A stretch of 64,000 nt of DNA from an uncultured delta proteobacterium (GTDB taxonomy: Bacteria; Desulfobacterota; Desulfuromonadia; Desulfuromonadales; JACZKF01), in NCBI GenBank assembly GCA_963816395.1, contig CAWFKQ010000008.1, positions 32,001 through 96,000 on the forward strand. The letters run 5' to 3'. The first letter of the stretch is position 1. Each line of letters starts with the position of its first letter. Made by a program: the position numbers and the translations under genes. Positions 21,265 to 29,542 of this stretch are shown one piece after another. The notes beneath the pieces are model-generated. The model saw only the letters and a program-made list of their open reading frames with translations. It was not told where the DNA came from and did not search any database.

Positions 21265-21635
21265 AGCACAGTGAGTTCGGGGAGCGCCAGCGTCTCCAGC
21301 AGATACTTGACCTTCACCCCGCAGCGGGTCGGCACCAGCAGGCAGAATTCGCTGCCGGTATCCTCGGCGTGCCGGTGGAAGGTGCGGATCTTCTCCTCGG
21401 TTTCGGCGGAAAAGAGATCCTCCTCCGTCTTGACCTCGAAATAGACTTTCCGGCCATCTTTGCAGGCCACCACATCGGGGACATGGCTCCCGCCGTCGCC
21501 CATGATCTCTCGCGGCCGTCCGGTGCCCATCACGTGATCGGCCTCGACATCATAACCGCCCTTGCGCAGGTTTTCGATCAGAGCGCTGATCATCAGGTAA
21601 TGCCTGGCTTCGGTAGCCACACTCGGGTTATCCAT
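21255..21635 (-). CDS. Small hypothetical protein with a PD-(D/E)xK nuclease-like motif
   Basis: HVPDVVACKDGRKVYFEVKT. Confidence 0.6.
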   Translation of the reverse strand: MDNPSVATEARHYLMISALIENLRKGGYDVEADHVMGTGRPREIMGDGGSHVPDVVACKDGRKVYFEVKTEEDLFSAETEEKIRTFHRHAEDTGSEFCLLVPTRCGVKVKYLLETLALPELTVLYI

Positions 21636-21868
21636 AAATTTTTCTCTCTTTGATTTTTGAGGGAAATTGGGCTGAAACAGGATAAGCGGATTGGCAACAG
21701 AAGGTTAAAGGCTACCTATCTTTTGCCGCTCGTCAAGGGGCAGGAAGAAACGGGTCCGGCCGCTCCGGCTCTCTCTTGACAGACGGCGCGAGGATGGTAG
21801 CGTTCCAGGCAATGTCGAAAAAACTATCGGAAAAACAAATTCTTACTTCATGAAGAGGAGGCTGGAAC

Positions 21869-23077
21869 ATGGCTTTTCATCCCTTTCGCGAACGCGGCAT
21901 CCCGATCGAGAAGCAGCTGCGCAACTGGCAGGAACTCAACGTGCAGCCCTACGACAAGCACGAGGTCCATCCCTACACCCGCTGCCGGGTGATCCTGATG
22001 AACGGCATCGAGGCGGAAGCGAACTGGTTCGGCCACCAGTTCGCCCGGCACTGCCTGGATCCGGACCTGAAGCGGCAGCTCGCCCTCACCCGGCGCATCG
22101 AACAGCAGCAGCAGAAATCGGTCAACTGGCTCTCCCCCGCCGACGAGAGCGTGCTGGAGATCACCATCGGCTATGAGCAGGTGGCGGTGGACCTTACCGC
22201 CTACCTGGCCCGCACCGAGCCGGACCCTTACGTCAAGGCCGCCCTCGATTTCGCCCTGCTGGAAGATTTCGACCATCTCTACCGCTATGCCAACCTGCTG
22301 GAGATGAGCGAGGGGAAAAAGGCCGAGCAGATCACCGGCCAGCTGACCGAGATCACCGTCGGCCGCCCGACCGCCAGGGAGCACCGCCACCCCTTCGACG
22401 ACGTGCGCCGGCATTACGACCGCAAAACGGCCGCCGCCCTGACGCAGCTGCATGCCATGACCATCGTCGCCGGCGAGCAGCAGACGATGAATTTTTACAT
22501 GAACGTCGGCAACCGGCCGCAGGAGATGGTGGGGCGCGGTCTTTACCTGGAAATCGCCCAGATCGAGGAGCAGCACGTCACCCATTACGAGTCCCTCATC
22601 GATCCCGGGGCTTCCTGGTTCGAGCGGCTGCTGCTGCACGAGTACAACGAAGTCTATCTCTACCATTCGATGCTTGAGCAGGAGGAGCACCCGCGCATCC
22701 GCCAGATCTGGGAGACCCACCTGGCCCAGGAACTGGAACACCTGCGCCTGGCCGGGGAGCTGCTGCGGCGGTATGAAAAGCGGGAGCCGGAAGAGCTGCT
22801 CCCGGACGAGCTGCCCGAACCGACCATCTTCCAGTCGAATATCGACTACGTGCGCGAGGTCATGGACCGGCAGACCGACTACAACGCCTTCGAAACCGAA
22901 TTCCTGCCGCCGGAAGAATATCCGCGCGACGGCCGCTACGAGGCGTACCAGGAAACGATGAACGCCGGCGAGGTGCCGAGCGAACTGGTCATTCAGGAGC
23001 ATCAGCAGCGCCTCGGCGGGGAGTATCGCCAGGAAATCCGGGGCCCGCATCCGGTCGAGCGCTTCCGCGTGCATTGA
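21869..23077 (+). CDS. Tandem ferritin-like (di-metal carboxylate) protein
   Basis: Repeated E...ExxH-type helices: MNGIEAE, GYEQVAV, LLEDFDHLY, AGEQQT, IEEQHVTHYE, HEYNE, ELEHL. RBS GGAGG. Confidence 0.75.
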   Translation: MAFHPFRERGIPIEKQLRNWQELNVQPYDKHEVHPYTRCRVILMNGIEAEANWFGHQFARHCLDPDLKRQLALTRRIEQQQQKSVNWLSPADESVLEITIGYEQVAVDLTAYLARTEPDPYVKAALDFALLEDFDHLYRYANLLEMSEGKKAEQITGQLTEITVGRPTAREHRHPFDDVRRHYDRKTAAALTQLHAMTIVAGEQQTMNFYMNVGNRPQEMVGRGLYLEIAQIEEQHVTHYESLIDPGASWFERLLLHEYNEVYLYHSMLEQEEHPRIRQIWETHLAQELEHLRLAGELLRRYEKREPEELLPDELPEPTIFQSNIDYVREVMDRQTDYNAFETEFLPPEEYPRDGRYEAYQETMNAGEVPSELVIQEHQQRLGGEYRQEIRGPHPVERFRVH

Positions 23078-23090
23078 CCACTTCCAAATC

Positions 23091-23141
23091 GAGGACAGAG
23101 GACGGAGGGCAGATGCCCTCCGTTCTCGCATCTCGCGCCTC
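23091..23141. repeat. Heptanucleotide-periodic hairpin
   Basis: gaggaca gaggacg gagggca GA tgccctc cgttctc gcatctc gcgcctc. Confidence 0.55.
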
Positions 23142-23281
23142 CTTCCACAGCCTTCCACCCCCAGCCGATTTGACTTATCTTAAGATGATGTTATCTAGTT
23201 GAAGTAGCGAAGGAAAATTTATCTGCAGGCGTATTTTTTCATCCAGTTTTCCCCATGAGAAAACGCCAGAAGGAGCCGAAA

Positions 23282-23692
23282 ATGGCCGAATATCAGGAAT
23301 GGGAAGCAGACCCGACGACCGGCGCTAACGTCGGCCGGTCCGGGGACGGAAATTACCGGGAAGCGGCAGAGCAGGTGAAAGAAGAAGCCAAACGCCGGGG
23401 GAAGGGGATTGTTGAAGATCAGAAGTTGAGTGTCTCCAATTCCTTCGGCAGATTCGCCACGACCTTGAAAAAAGCGGCTGGCGAACTAGAGGATCAGCCG
23501 TTGTTCGCCCGCTTGTTGCGCGGTGCCTCAGATGCCCTGGAGAACGTTTCCCGGAAAATGCGCGAGCGGGATGCCGGGACGCTGCTGCAGGAGGCGCAGG
23601 ACTTTGCCCGGCGGGAGCCGGTTCTGACGGTTGCCGGGACAATCGCAGTCGGCTTTATCCTGTCGCGCCTGTTCAAAAGCTCGCCGCGATGA
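23282..23692 (+). CDS. Hypothetical helical protein with C-terminal membrane anchor (ElaB/YqjD-like tail)
   Basis: QDFARREPVLTVAGTIAVGFILSRLFKSS tail; RBS AAGGAG. Confidence 0.7.
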   Translation: MAEYQEWEADPTTGANVGRSGDGNYREAAEQVKEEAKRRGKGIVEDQKLSVSNSFGRFATTLKKAAGELEDQPLFARLLRGASDALENVSRKMRERDAGTLLQEAQDFARREPVLTVAGTIAVGFILSRLFKSSPR

Positions 23693-23780
23693 CGATGCCC
23701 GCCGGGGCTGCCTCTGTGGAAAGCGGGATGGTCGGGCCCGGCGCAGGCCGCAAGTGAAACGGTTTGAAAGGAGATAACCG

Positions 23781-24182
23781 ATGGAACCCAATAAAAGAGA
23801 ATATGAGGGACGCACCCTGACGGGTCTTTTCGCCGAATTGACGCGGGAGATGACCTCCCTGGTGCGGCACGAACTGGCCCTGACCCGAAGCGAAATCGGC
23901 GAGAAAATTACCAAGGCGGAAACCGGGGTCATGTCCCTGGCCGCCGGCGGCATCTTCGCCTTCGCCGGGTTGCTGGTTCTGCTGGCGGCGGCGGTGATCG
24001 GCCTCTCTTATGTCTGGCCCGCCTGGCTGGCGGCGCTGGCGGTCGGGCTGATCGTCAGTCTTCTTGGCCTGATCCTGCTGGCCAGCGGTCGCAGCCGGCT
24101 GAAAGCGGAGGCGATGAAGCCCAAGCGAACGGCCGGCTCTCTGCGCCATGACTGGCAGATGATGAAGGAGCATGTGCGATGA
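23781..24182 (+). CDS. YqjE/DUF1469-type ('phage holin family') membrane protein
   Basis: LVRHELALTRSEI, two TM helices, PAWLAALAVG, PKRTAGSL. Confidence 0.8.
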   Translation: MEPNKREYEGRTLTGLFAELTREMTSLVRHELALTRSEIGEKITKAETGVMSLAAGGIFAFAGLLVLLAAAVIGLSYVWPAWLAALAVGLIVSLLGLILLASGRSRLKAEAMKPKRTAGSLRHDWQMMKEHVR

Positions 24183-25093
24183 CTGAAAACGAACGAGAAC
24201 AGACGGAAGAATTCAGGGAAACGCAGGGGTATCCTGCAGAATACGCAACCAGCCAGGAGTACCTGGGGGACAAATCGGCAGCCGAGCTGGAGGAAGAGAT
24301 CGAGCATATCCGACAGGATATGGATCACACCATTTCGGCCATCGAAAGAAAACTGTCTCCAAACGAGATCATCGACCGCTCTCTCCAGTACTTCCAGCGC
24401 GGTCCCGGCGAATACATCGAGAACCTGGGCAATTCGATCAAGAACCAGCCGCTGCCGGCGGCCCTGGTGGGAATCGGTCTCAGCTGGCTGATGATTTCCA
24501 GCGGCAGCCGCACCTCCGAGGGTGCCGCTTCATCCCGCCGATCGGGAGAGATGCGGCAGAGAATGGATGAAGCGAAGCAGAGGCTGCGGGAAGCGCGGCT
24601 GAGATTGCGGGAAGAAAAGACCAGCAGGATGAACGAGGCCCGGCAGAAAATGCAGGAGGTCCGGGGGAAAGTGGAGGATACGGCCGGCCGGACGAAGGAG
24701 TCGCTTGGCGGCGTTTCCCAGTCGGTCAGCGACCGGATGCAGCGGATGAGCGAGAAGGCACGCCAGACCCGGCGAAGCGCTCGCGAATGGAGTCACCGGG
24801 TCGGCGAGGCCGGACACCGTTCCAGAGAGCGGGTCCAGCAGGCGAGAAGCAATTTCTCCCAGGCAGTCGAGACGCAACCGCTGCTGCTGGGGGTGCTGGG
24901 AATAGCGGCCGGAATCCTGTTCGGTGCCATGCTGCCGCGAACGCGCCGGGAAGATGCCGTCCTGGGTCCGGCCAAAGAAAGCCTGAAGGAGCAGGCAGTC
25001 GAAACGGGGCGCGAACAGGTGGAGAAAGGCCGGCAGATTGCGGCCGCGGCGGCCGAGACGGCACGCGAGGAAGCCGAGCGCCAGTTGCACTGA
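24179..25093 (+). CDS. DUF3618-domain protein with an LEA-like middle and a YqjD-like tail
   Basis: AELEEEIEHIRQDMDHTISAIERKLSP, NQPLPAALVGIG, QPLLLGVLGIAAG...LPRTRRED. Confidence 0.8.
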   Translation: MTENEREQTEEFRETQGYPAEYATSQEYLGDKSAAELEEEIEHIRQDMDHTISAIERKLSPNEIIDRSLQYFQRGPGEYIENLGNSIKNQPLPAALVGIGLSWLMISSGSRTSEGAASSRRSGEMRQRMDEAKQRLREARLRLREEKTSRMNEARQKMQEVRGKVEDTAGRTKESLGGVSQSVSDRMQRMSEKARQTRRSAREWSHRVGEAGHRSRERVQQARSNFSQAVETQPLLLGVLGIAAGILFGAMLPRTRREDAVLGPAKESLKEQAVETGREQVEKGRQIAAAAAETAREEAERQLH

Positions 25094-25150
25094 GACCCGG
25101 GGAATTCCCCGTTTACTGGCCGGCAATGGCGTTTTGGTGATCCCCTGTTA

Positions 25151-26323
25151 ATGTCAGAGCAGGAGCAGGGGACGCCGCCGCAAAGGAGGCCATGCATGGC
25201 AACGGACGGATTGCCAGGGGACGCCGGCGTTGCCGAAGAAATCCTGGCGAGATGGGCAAAAAGGGGAATCGGCCGGCGCCAGTTCCTGAAGTTCTGCACC
25301 GGCATGGCCGCTACCCTGGGGCTACCGGTCACCTATATTCCTAAAATCGCGCAGGCTCTGGAACAGCAGCAGGACCAGCGCCTGCCGGTGATCTGGCTGG
25401 AGTTCCAGGCCTGCGCCGGCGATACCGAAACGCTGCTGCGTTCCTATCACCCACCGATCGATGAGCTGCTGCTCGGGGTGATCTCCCTGGAAAGCCACGA
25501 CACTATCATGGCGGCCGCCGGCCACCAGGCCGAAGAGGCGCGCAACCAGGCGGTCAAGAAGTATGCCGGCCGCTACCTGGTGATCGTCGACGGCGAAATC
25601 CCCCTGGCCGACGCCGGCTATTGCACCATCGGCGGCCGCTCGGCACTCGATATCGCCCGCCAGGTCTGCACCCGGGCCGCCGCCACGATCGCCGTCGGCA
25701 CCTGCGCTTCCTACGGCGGCATCCAGCATGCGGCGCCGAACCCCACCGGCGCCGCTCCCCTGAAAGAGGCGGTCCCCGAGGCGAAAAACGTCATTCGCCT
25801 GCCGGGGTGTCCCTGCAATGCGGAAAACCTCACCGCTACCATCGTCCATTACATCACCTTCGGCCGCCTCCCCGAGGTCGATGCCCAGGAGCGGCCGAAG
25901 TTCGCCTACGGCATGCGCATCCACGATCATTGCCAGCGGCGGGGACATTTCGATGCCGGCCAGTTCGCCGAAAGCTTCGACGACCCAGGGCACCGTCAGG
26001 GGTGGTGCCTCTACCGGCTGGGCTGCAAGGGGCCGGAGACCTTCCACAACTGTCCCAGCTTCGAATACAACGACGGCACCAGTTGGCCGGTCAAGGCGGG
26101 GCACGGCTGCATCGGCTGCTCGGAGCCGGTCTTCTGGGACACCATGACGCCTTTCTACCGGCGCCTGCCGCAGGTCCCCGGACTCAGCGTCGAGGCGACC
26201 GCCGATAAGGTGGGGATCGGCCTGGCGGCGGCCACTGCCGCCGCCTTTGCCGCCCACGGAGTGGCCAGCGCCTTTCGCCGCAAGGATGTGCGCCAGGAGG
26301 ATAAAACGATCAAGGAGGAGTGA
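25151..26323 (+). CDS. hyaA: [NiFe] hydrogenase small subunit (group 1, Tat-exported, C-terminal anchor); alternative start at 25196
   Basis: GRRQFLKFC Tat motif, WLEFQACAGDTE, VGTCASYGG, LPGCPC, IHDHCQRR, CLYRLGCKGP, GHGCIGCSE. Confidence 0.95.
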   Translation: MSEQEQGTPPQRRPCMATDGLPGDAGVAEEILARWAKRGIGRRQFLKFCTGMAATLGLPVTYIPKIAQALEQQQDQRLPVIWLEFQACAGDTETLLRSYHPPIDELLLGVISLESHDTIMAAAGHQAEEARNQAVKKYAGRYLVIVDGEIPLADAGYCTIGGRSALDIARQVCTRAAATIAVGTCASYGGIQHAAPNPTGAAPLKEAVPEAKNVIRLPGCPCNAENLTATIVHYITFGRLPEVDAQERPKFAYGMRIHDHCQRRGHFDAGQFAESFDDPGHRQGWCLYRLGCKGPETFHNCPSFEYNDGTSWPVKAGHGCIGCSEPVFWDTMTPFYRRLPQVPGLSVEATADKVGIGLAAATAAAFAAHGVASAFRRKDVRQEDKTIKEE

Positions 26324-26324
26324 G

Positions 26325-28034
26325 ATGGCGAAGATCGTCGTTGATCCGATCACCCGCATCGAGGGGCACCTGCGCATCGAGGCACAGGTGGCAGGGGGGA
26401 AAATCACCGACGCCTGGAGTTCCTCGACCATGTTTCGCGGCATCGAGATCATTCTCCGGGGGCGCGACCCGCGCGACGCCCATCATTTCACCCAGCGCAT
26501 CTGCGGCGTTTGCACCACCGTTCATTCCATCGCCAGCATCCGCTGCGTGGAGAGCGCCCTGCAGATCGAAATCCCCGACAATGCCCGCCTGATGCGCAAC
26601 CTGATCATGGCCGCGCAACTGATCCAGGACCACGTCATCCATTTCTATCACCTGGCGGCCCTCGACTGGGTGGATATCACCGATGCCCTCAAGGCCGATC
26701 CGGAACAGACCGCCAAACTCGCCCAGTCGATCTCCGACTGGCACAATTCGAGTGCCGCCTACTTCAGCGCGGTGAAAAACCGCCTGCAGGCCTTCGTCGA
26801 TACCGGTAGGCTAGGGATTTTCCAGAACGCCTACTGGGGGCATCCGGCCTACCAGCTGCCGCCGGAGGCGAATCTGATGGCGGTGGCCCACTATCTGGAG
26901 GCGCTCGACTGGCAGAAGCAGATGATCAAGATCCACGCCATCCTCGGCTCGAAAAATCCGCACCCGCAGACTTTCCTGGTCGGGGGGATGGCCTACCCGG
27001 TCGATCCGGCCAGTCAGAACGCTCTCAACGCCCACCGGCTGGCGCAGCTGCGCCAGCTCTTCCAGACCTCTCGGCAGTTCGTAGAAAAGGTCTACCTCCC
27101 CGATCTGCTTGCCATCGCCTCCTTCTATAAGGACTGGGGGGGGATCGGCGGCGGCGTGGGAAATTTTCTCTCCTACGGCGATTACCCCATGCAGACGGGG
27201 AGCGGGCCGGAAAACTTCTATATCCCGCAGGGAATCATTCTGCAGCGCGATCTCTCCCGGGTCCTTCCCGTCGATCAGGGAAAGATCAGCGAGTATGTCA
27301 CCCACGCCTGGTACAGCTATCCGCAAGGGGACGACCAGGGGCTGCACCCCTTCAAAGGAGAAACCCGGCCGAACTACACCGGGCCGCAGCCGCCCTTCGA
27401 ATTTCTCAATACCGATGGCAAGTATTCCTGGATCAAGGCCCCCCGCTATGACGAGCAGCCGATGGAGGTCGGGCCGCTGGCGCGGGTGCTGATCGCCTAC
27501 GCCAAGGGGCATCCCGACGCCAAAAAGCTGGTCGACTTCGCCCTGAACAAGCTGCAGGTCGGCCCGCAGGCGCTCTTCTCCACCCTCGGGCGCACCGCCG
27601 CCCGCTGCATCGAGACGGTCATGCTGGCCAGCCAGACCGCCGGCTGGCTGGATGAACTGGGCGCGAACGCCGGCCGGGGTATTCTCGCGGTCCACAACGA
27701 AAGCCGCTGGGATCCGGCGACTTGGCCCAGACAGGCGGAAGGAGCCGGTTTCCACGAAGCGCCGCGCGGGGGGCTGGGGCACTGGATCCGCATCCGCGAC
27801 GGCTTCATCGAGAATTACCAGGCGGTCGTCCCCAGCACCTGGAACGCCGGTCCGCGGGATGCGCGCGGAGCCCGGGGACCGTACGAGGCGGCCCTGCTCG
27901 GCACCCCGGTGGCCGACCCGAAGCAGCCGCTGGAGATCCTGCGCACCATCCATTCCTACGACCCCTGCCTCGCCTGCGCCGTGCATGTGCTGGACGGGCG
28001 GGGGAGGGAGGTAGGAAAGGCCAGGGTTTTGTAG
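26325..28034 (+). CDS. hyaB: [NiFe] hydrogenase large subunit (group 1f-like)
   Basis: DPITRIEGH, L1 motif QRICGVCTTVH, L2 motif SYDPCLACAVH, followed by a C-terminal extension. Confidence 0.96.
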   Translation: MAKIVVDPITRIEGHLRIEAQVAGGKITDAWSSSTMFRGIEIILRGRDPRDAHHFTQRICGVCTTVHSIASIRCVESALQIEIPDNARLMRNLIMAAQLIQDHVIHFYHLAALDWVDITDALKADPEQTAKLAQSISDWHNSSAAYFSAVKNRLQAFVDTGRLGIFQNAYWGHPAYQLPPEANLMAVAHYLEALDWQKQMIKIHAILGSKNPHPQTFLVGGMAYPVDPASQNALNAHRLAQLRQLFQTSRQFVEKVYLPDLLAIASFYKDWGGIGGGVGNFLSYGDYPMQTGSGPENFYIPQGIILQRDLSRVLPVDQGKISEYVTHAWYSYPQGDDQGLHPFKGETRPNYTGPQPPFEFLNTDGKYSWIKAPRYDEQPMEVGPLARVLIAYAKGHPDAKKLVDFALNKLQVGPQALFSTLGRTAARCIETVMLASQTAGWLDELGANAGRGILAVHNESRWDPATWPRQAEGAGFHEAPRGGLGHWIRIRDGFIENYQAVVPSTWNAGPRDARGARGPYEAALLGTPVADPKQPLEILRTIHSYDPCLACAVHVLDGRGREVGKARVL

Positions 28035-28054
28035 GGGCACGGCGCGCCGTGCCC
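28031..28054 (+). repeat. Single GTAG-type REP copy
   Basis: GTAGGGGCACGGCGCGCCGTGCCC, one mismatch to the 1852/1941 copies. Confidence 0.75.
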
Positions 28055-28094
28055 GCTGCATGGGACGCGCGCCCATTCTCTACCGGAGGTCGTC

Positions 28095-28754
28095 ATGCTG
28101 GAGATAAGATATGTCTGGGAATGGCCGGTGCGGCTCACCCACTGGATCAACTTCATCTCCATCGTCGTGCTTTCCTTCACCGGCTTTTATATCGGCCATC
28201 CCTTTGTCACCGCCACCTCCACGGCGGAGTACATCATGGGGTGGAACCGCTTGCTCCATTTCTCCTTCGCTTACCTTTTCACCCTCTCTGTCTTCTCCCG
28301 CATCCTGTGGATGTTCCTCGGCAACCGCTACGCCAGCTGGCGCGGGTTTATGCCCTGGACCTCCCGCAGGGGCGGCGGAGCGCCGCGAGCGATGTTCAAG
28401 TATTACACCTTCATCAACCCGCGCATTCCCTACACCGTCGGCCACAATGCCCTGGCCGGGATCGCCTATTCGCTGGTCTACCTTCTCTTCCTGGGGCAGA
28501 TCCTTACCGGCTTCGCCCTTTACGGCCAGTACAATCCCGGCGGTTTCTGGGATATAGTGCTCGGCTGGTTCCGCCTCTGGGGCGGCAGCCAGGCCCTGCG
28601 GCTGACCCATCACCTGGTGATGTGGCTGATCATTGCTTTCATGATCCATCACGTCTACAGCGCCTGGCTGATGGACGTCAAGGAGCGCAACGGCACGATG
28701 TCCGGGATCTTCGGCGGCTATAAATTCATTGAGCCGGAGGATGTCGGCAGATGA
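28095..28754 (+). CDS. hyaC: Ni/Fe hydrogenase cytochrome b subunit
   Basis: VWEWPVRLTHW, GHNALAG, THHLVMW, IHHVY heme-ligand histidines. Confidence 0.93.
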   Translation: MLEIRYVWEWPVRLTHWINFISIVVLSFTGFYIGHPFVTATSTAEYIMGWNRLLHFSFAYLFTLSVFSRILWMFLGNRYASWRGFMPWTSRRGGGAPRAMFKYYTFINPRIPYTVGHNALAGIAYSLVYLLFLGQILTGFALYGQYNPGGFWDIVLGWFRLWGGSQALRLTHHLVMWLIIAFMIHHVYSAWLMDVKERNGTMSGIFGGYKFIEPEDVGR

Positions 28755-28797
28755 TTTTGCCTGAAGATTTCCATTGTTCTGGGCAAAGGAGGACAAG

Positions 28798-29235
28798 ATG
28801 TGGAAGTGGCTGCTGCTGAGCCTGGCGGTGCTGCTGGCCGCCGCCTGCGGCAGGCAGGAGGTCAGCTATCCCCGGCGCACCCCGCCGGCGGGGTTTCTCG
28901 AGGATACCGGCAACCAGGCGGTCGGCAAGGCGATTTTTCTGCAGAAGTGCGTCTCCTGCCACGGTACCGTGGCGGAAGGGCGCATCCCCTTGGCCAACCG
29001 CCTCCATCCCGAACCGGCCGACTTCAGTGACCCCAAATACCGCCGTATGGATCCCGCTTACCTTTACTGGCGCATCGCCACCGGCAAGCAGGAGGAGCCC
29101 TACCGCTCCCGCGGTTCGGTCATGCCCGCCTGGGGGTACTACTACTCCGGGGAGAAGATCTGGCAGATGGTCGCGTACTGCGCGCCCGGCCGGTCGCCTG
29201 GGAAGCAGGGGAAGGATCAGCGCGATTCCAGGTAA
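28798..29235 (+). CDS. Monoheme cytochrome c lipoprotein (3' end may be frameshifted)
   Basis: Lipobox LLAAAC, CVSCH, distal Met in SVMPAW; RBS AGGAGG. Confidence 0.85.
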   Translation: MWKWLLLSLAVLLAAACGRQEVSYPRRTPPAGFLEDTGNQAVGKAIFLQKCVSCHGTVAEGRIPLANRLHPEPADFSDPKYRRMDPAYLYWRIATGKQEEPYRSRGSVMPAWGYYYSGEKIWQMVAYCAPGRSPGKQGKDQRDSR

Positions 29236-29402
29236 GCCCAGAAGGCAGCGCCGCCGCCGACCAGTCCCGCCAGCACGACGAAAGAGGTCCAGTAGAGGAG
29301 GATCGATTGCATGGCCAGGGGCGCCACCAGGGAAAAGGCGAATACCGGGGCCAGAATGACCAGGAAAACCAGGGTGATCAGGCCCAGGATGAGCTGTTTC
29401 AT
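29217..29402 (-). CDS. Small 2-TM membrane protein
   Basis: MKQLILGLITLVFLVILAPVFAF...; RBS GGAG. Confidence 0.55.
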   Translation of the reverse strand: MKQLILGLITLVFLVILAPVFAFSLVAPLAMQSILLYWTSFVVLAGLVGGGAAFWAYLESR

Positions 29403-29483
29403 GACTTTCTCCCGCACGGTTTGGTTCGTAATAGATTACCCGAAACATCATGATTCGCAATCTATCGTTTCCCCGATAAAAAA

Positions 29484-29514
29484 CAAGGGGCCGCAGGATG
29501 ATCCTGCGGCCCCT
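29484..29514. terminator. Intrinsic terminator after the TraF-family gene
   Basis: AGGGGCCGCAGGA-TGA-TCCTGCGGCCCCT, with an A-run on the left (U-tract on the minus strand). Confidence 0.7.
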
Positions 29515-29542
29515 CTGCATTTGCTGGTCGCTGTCGGAAATC

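Noticed and set aside
23781..24182. Prophage suggested by a 'phage holin family' gene
   Set aside because: It is a YqjE/DUF1469-type gene in a stress cluster; no phage structural, lysin or integrase genes are present.
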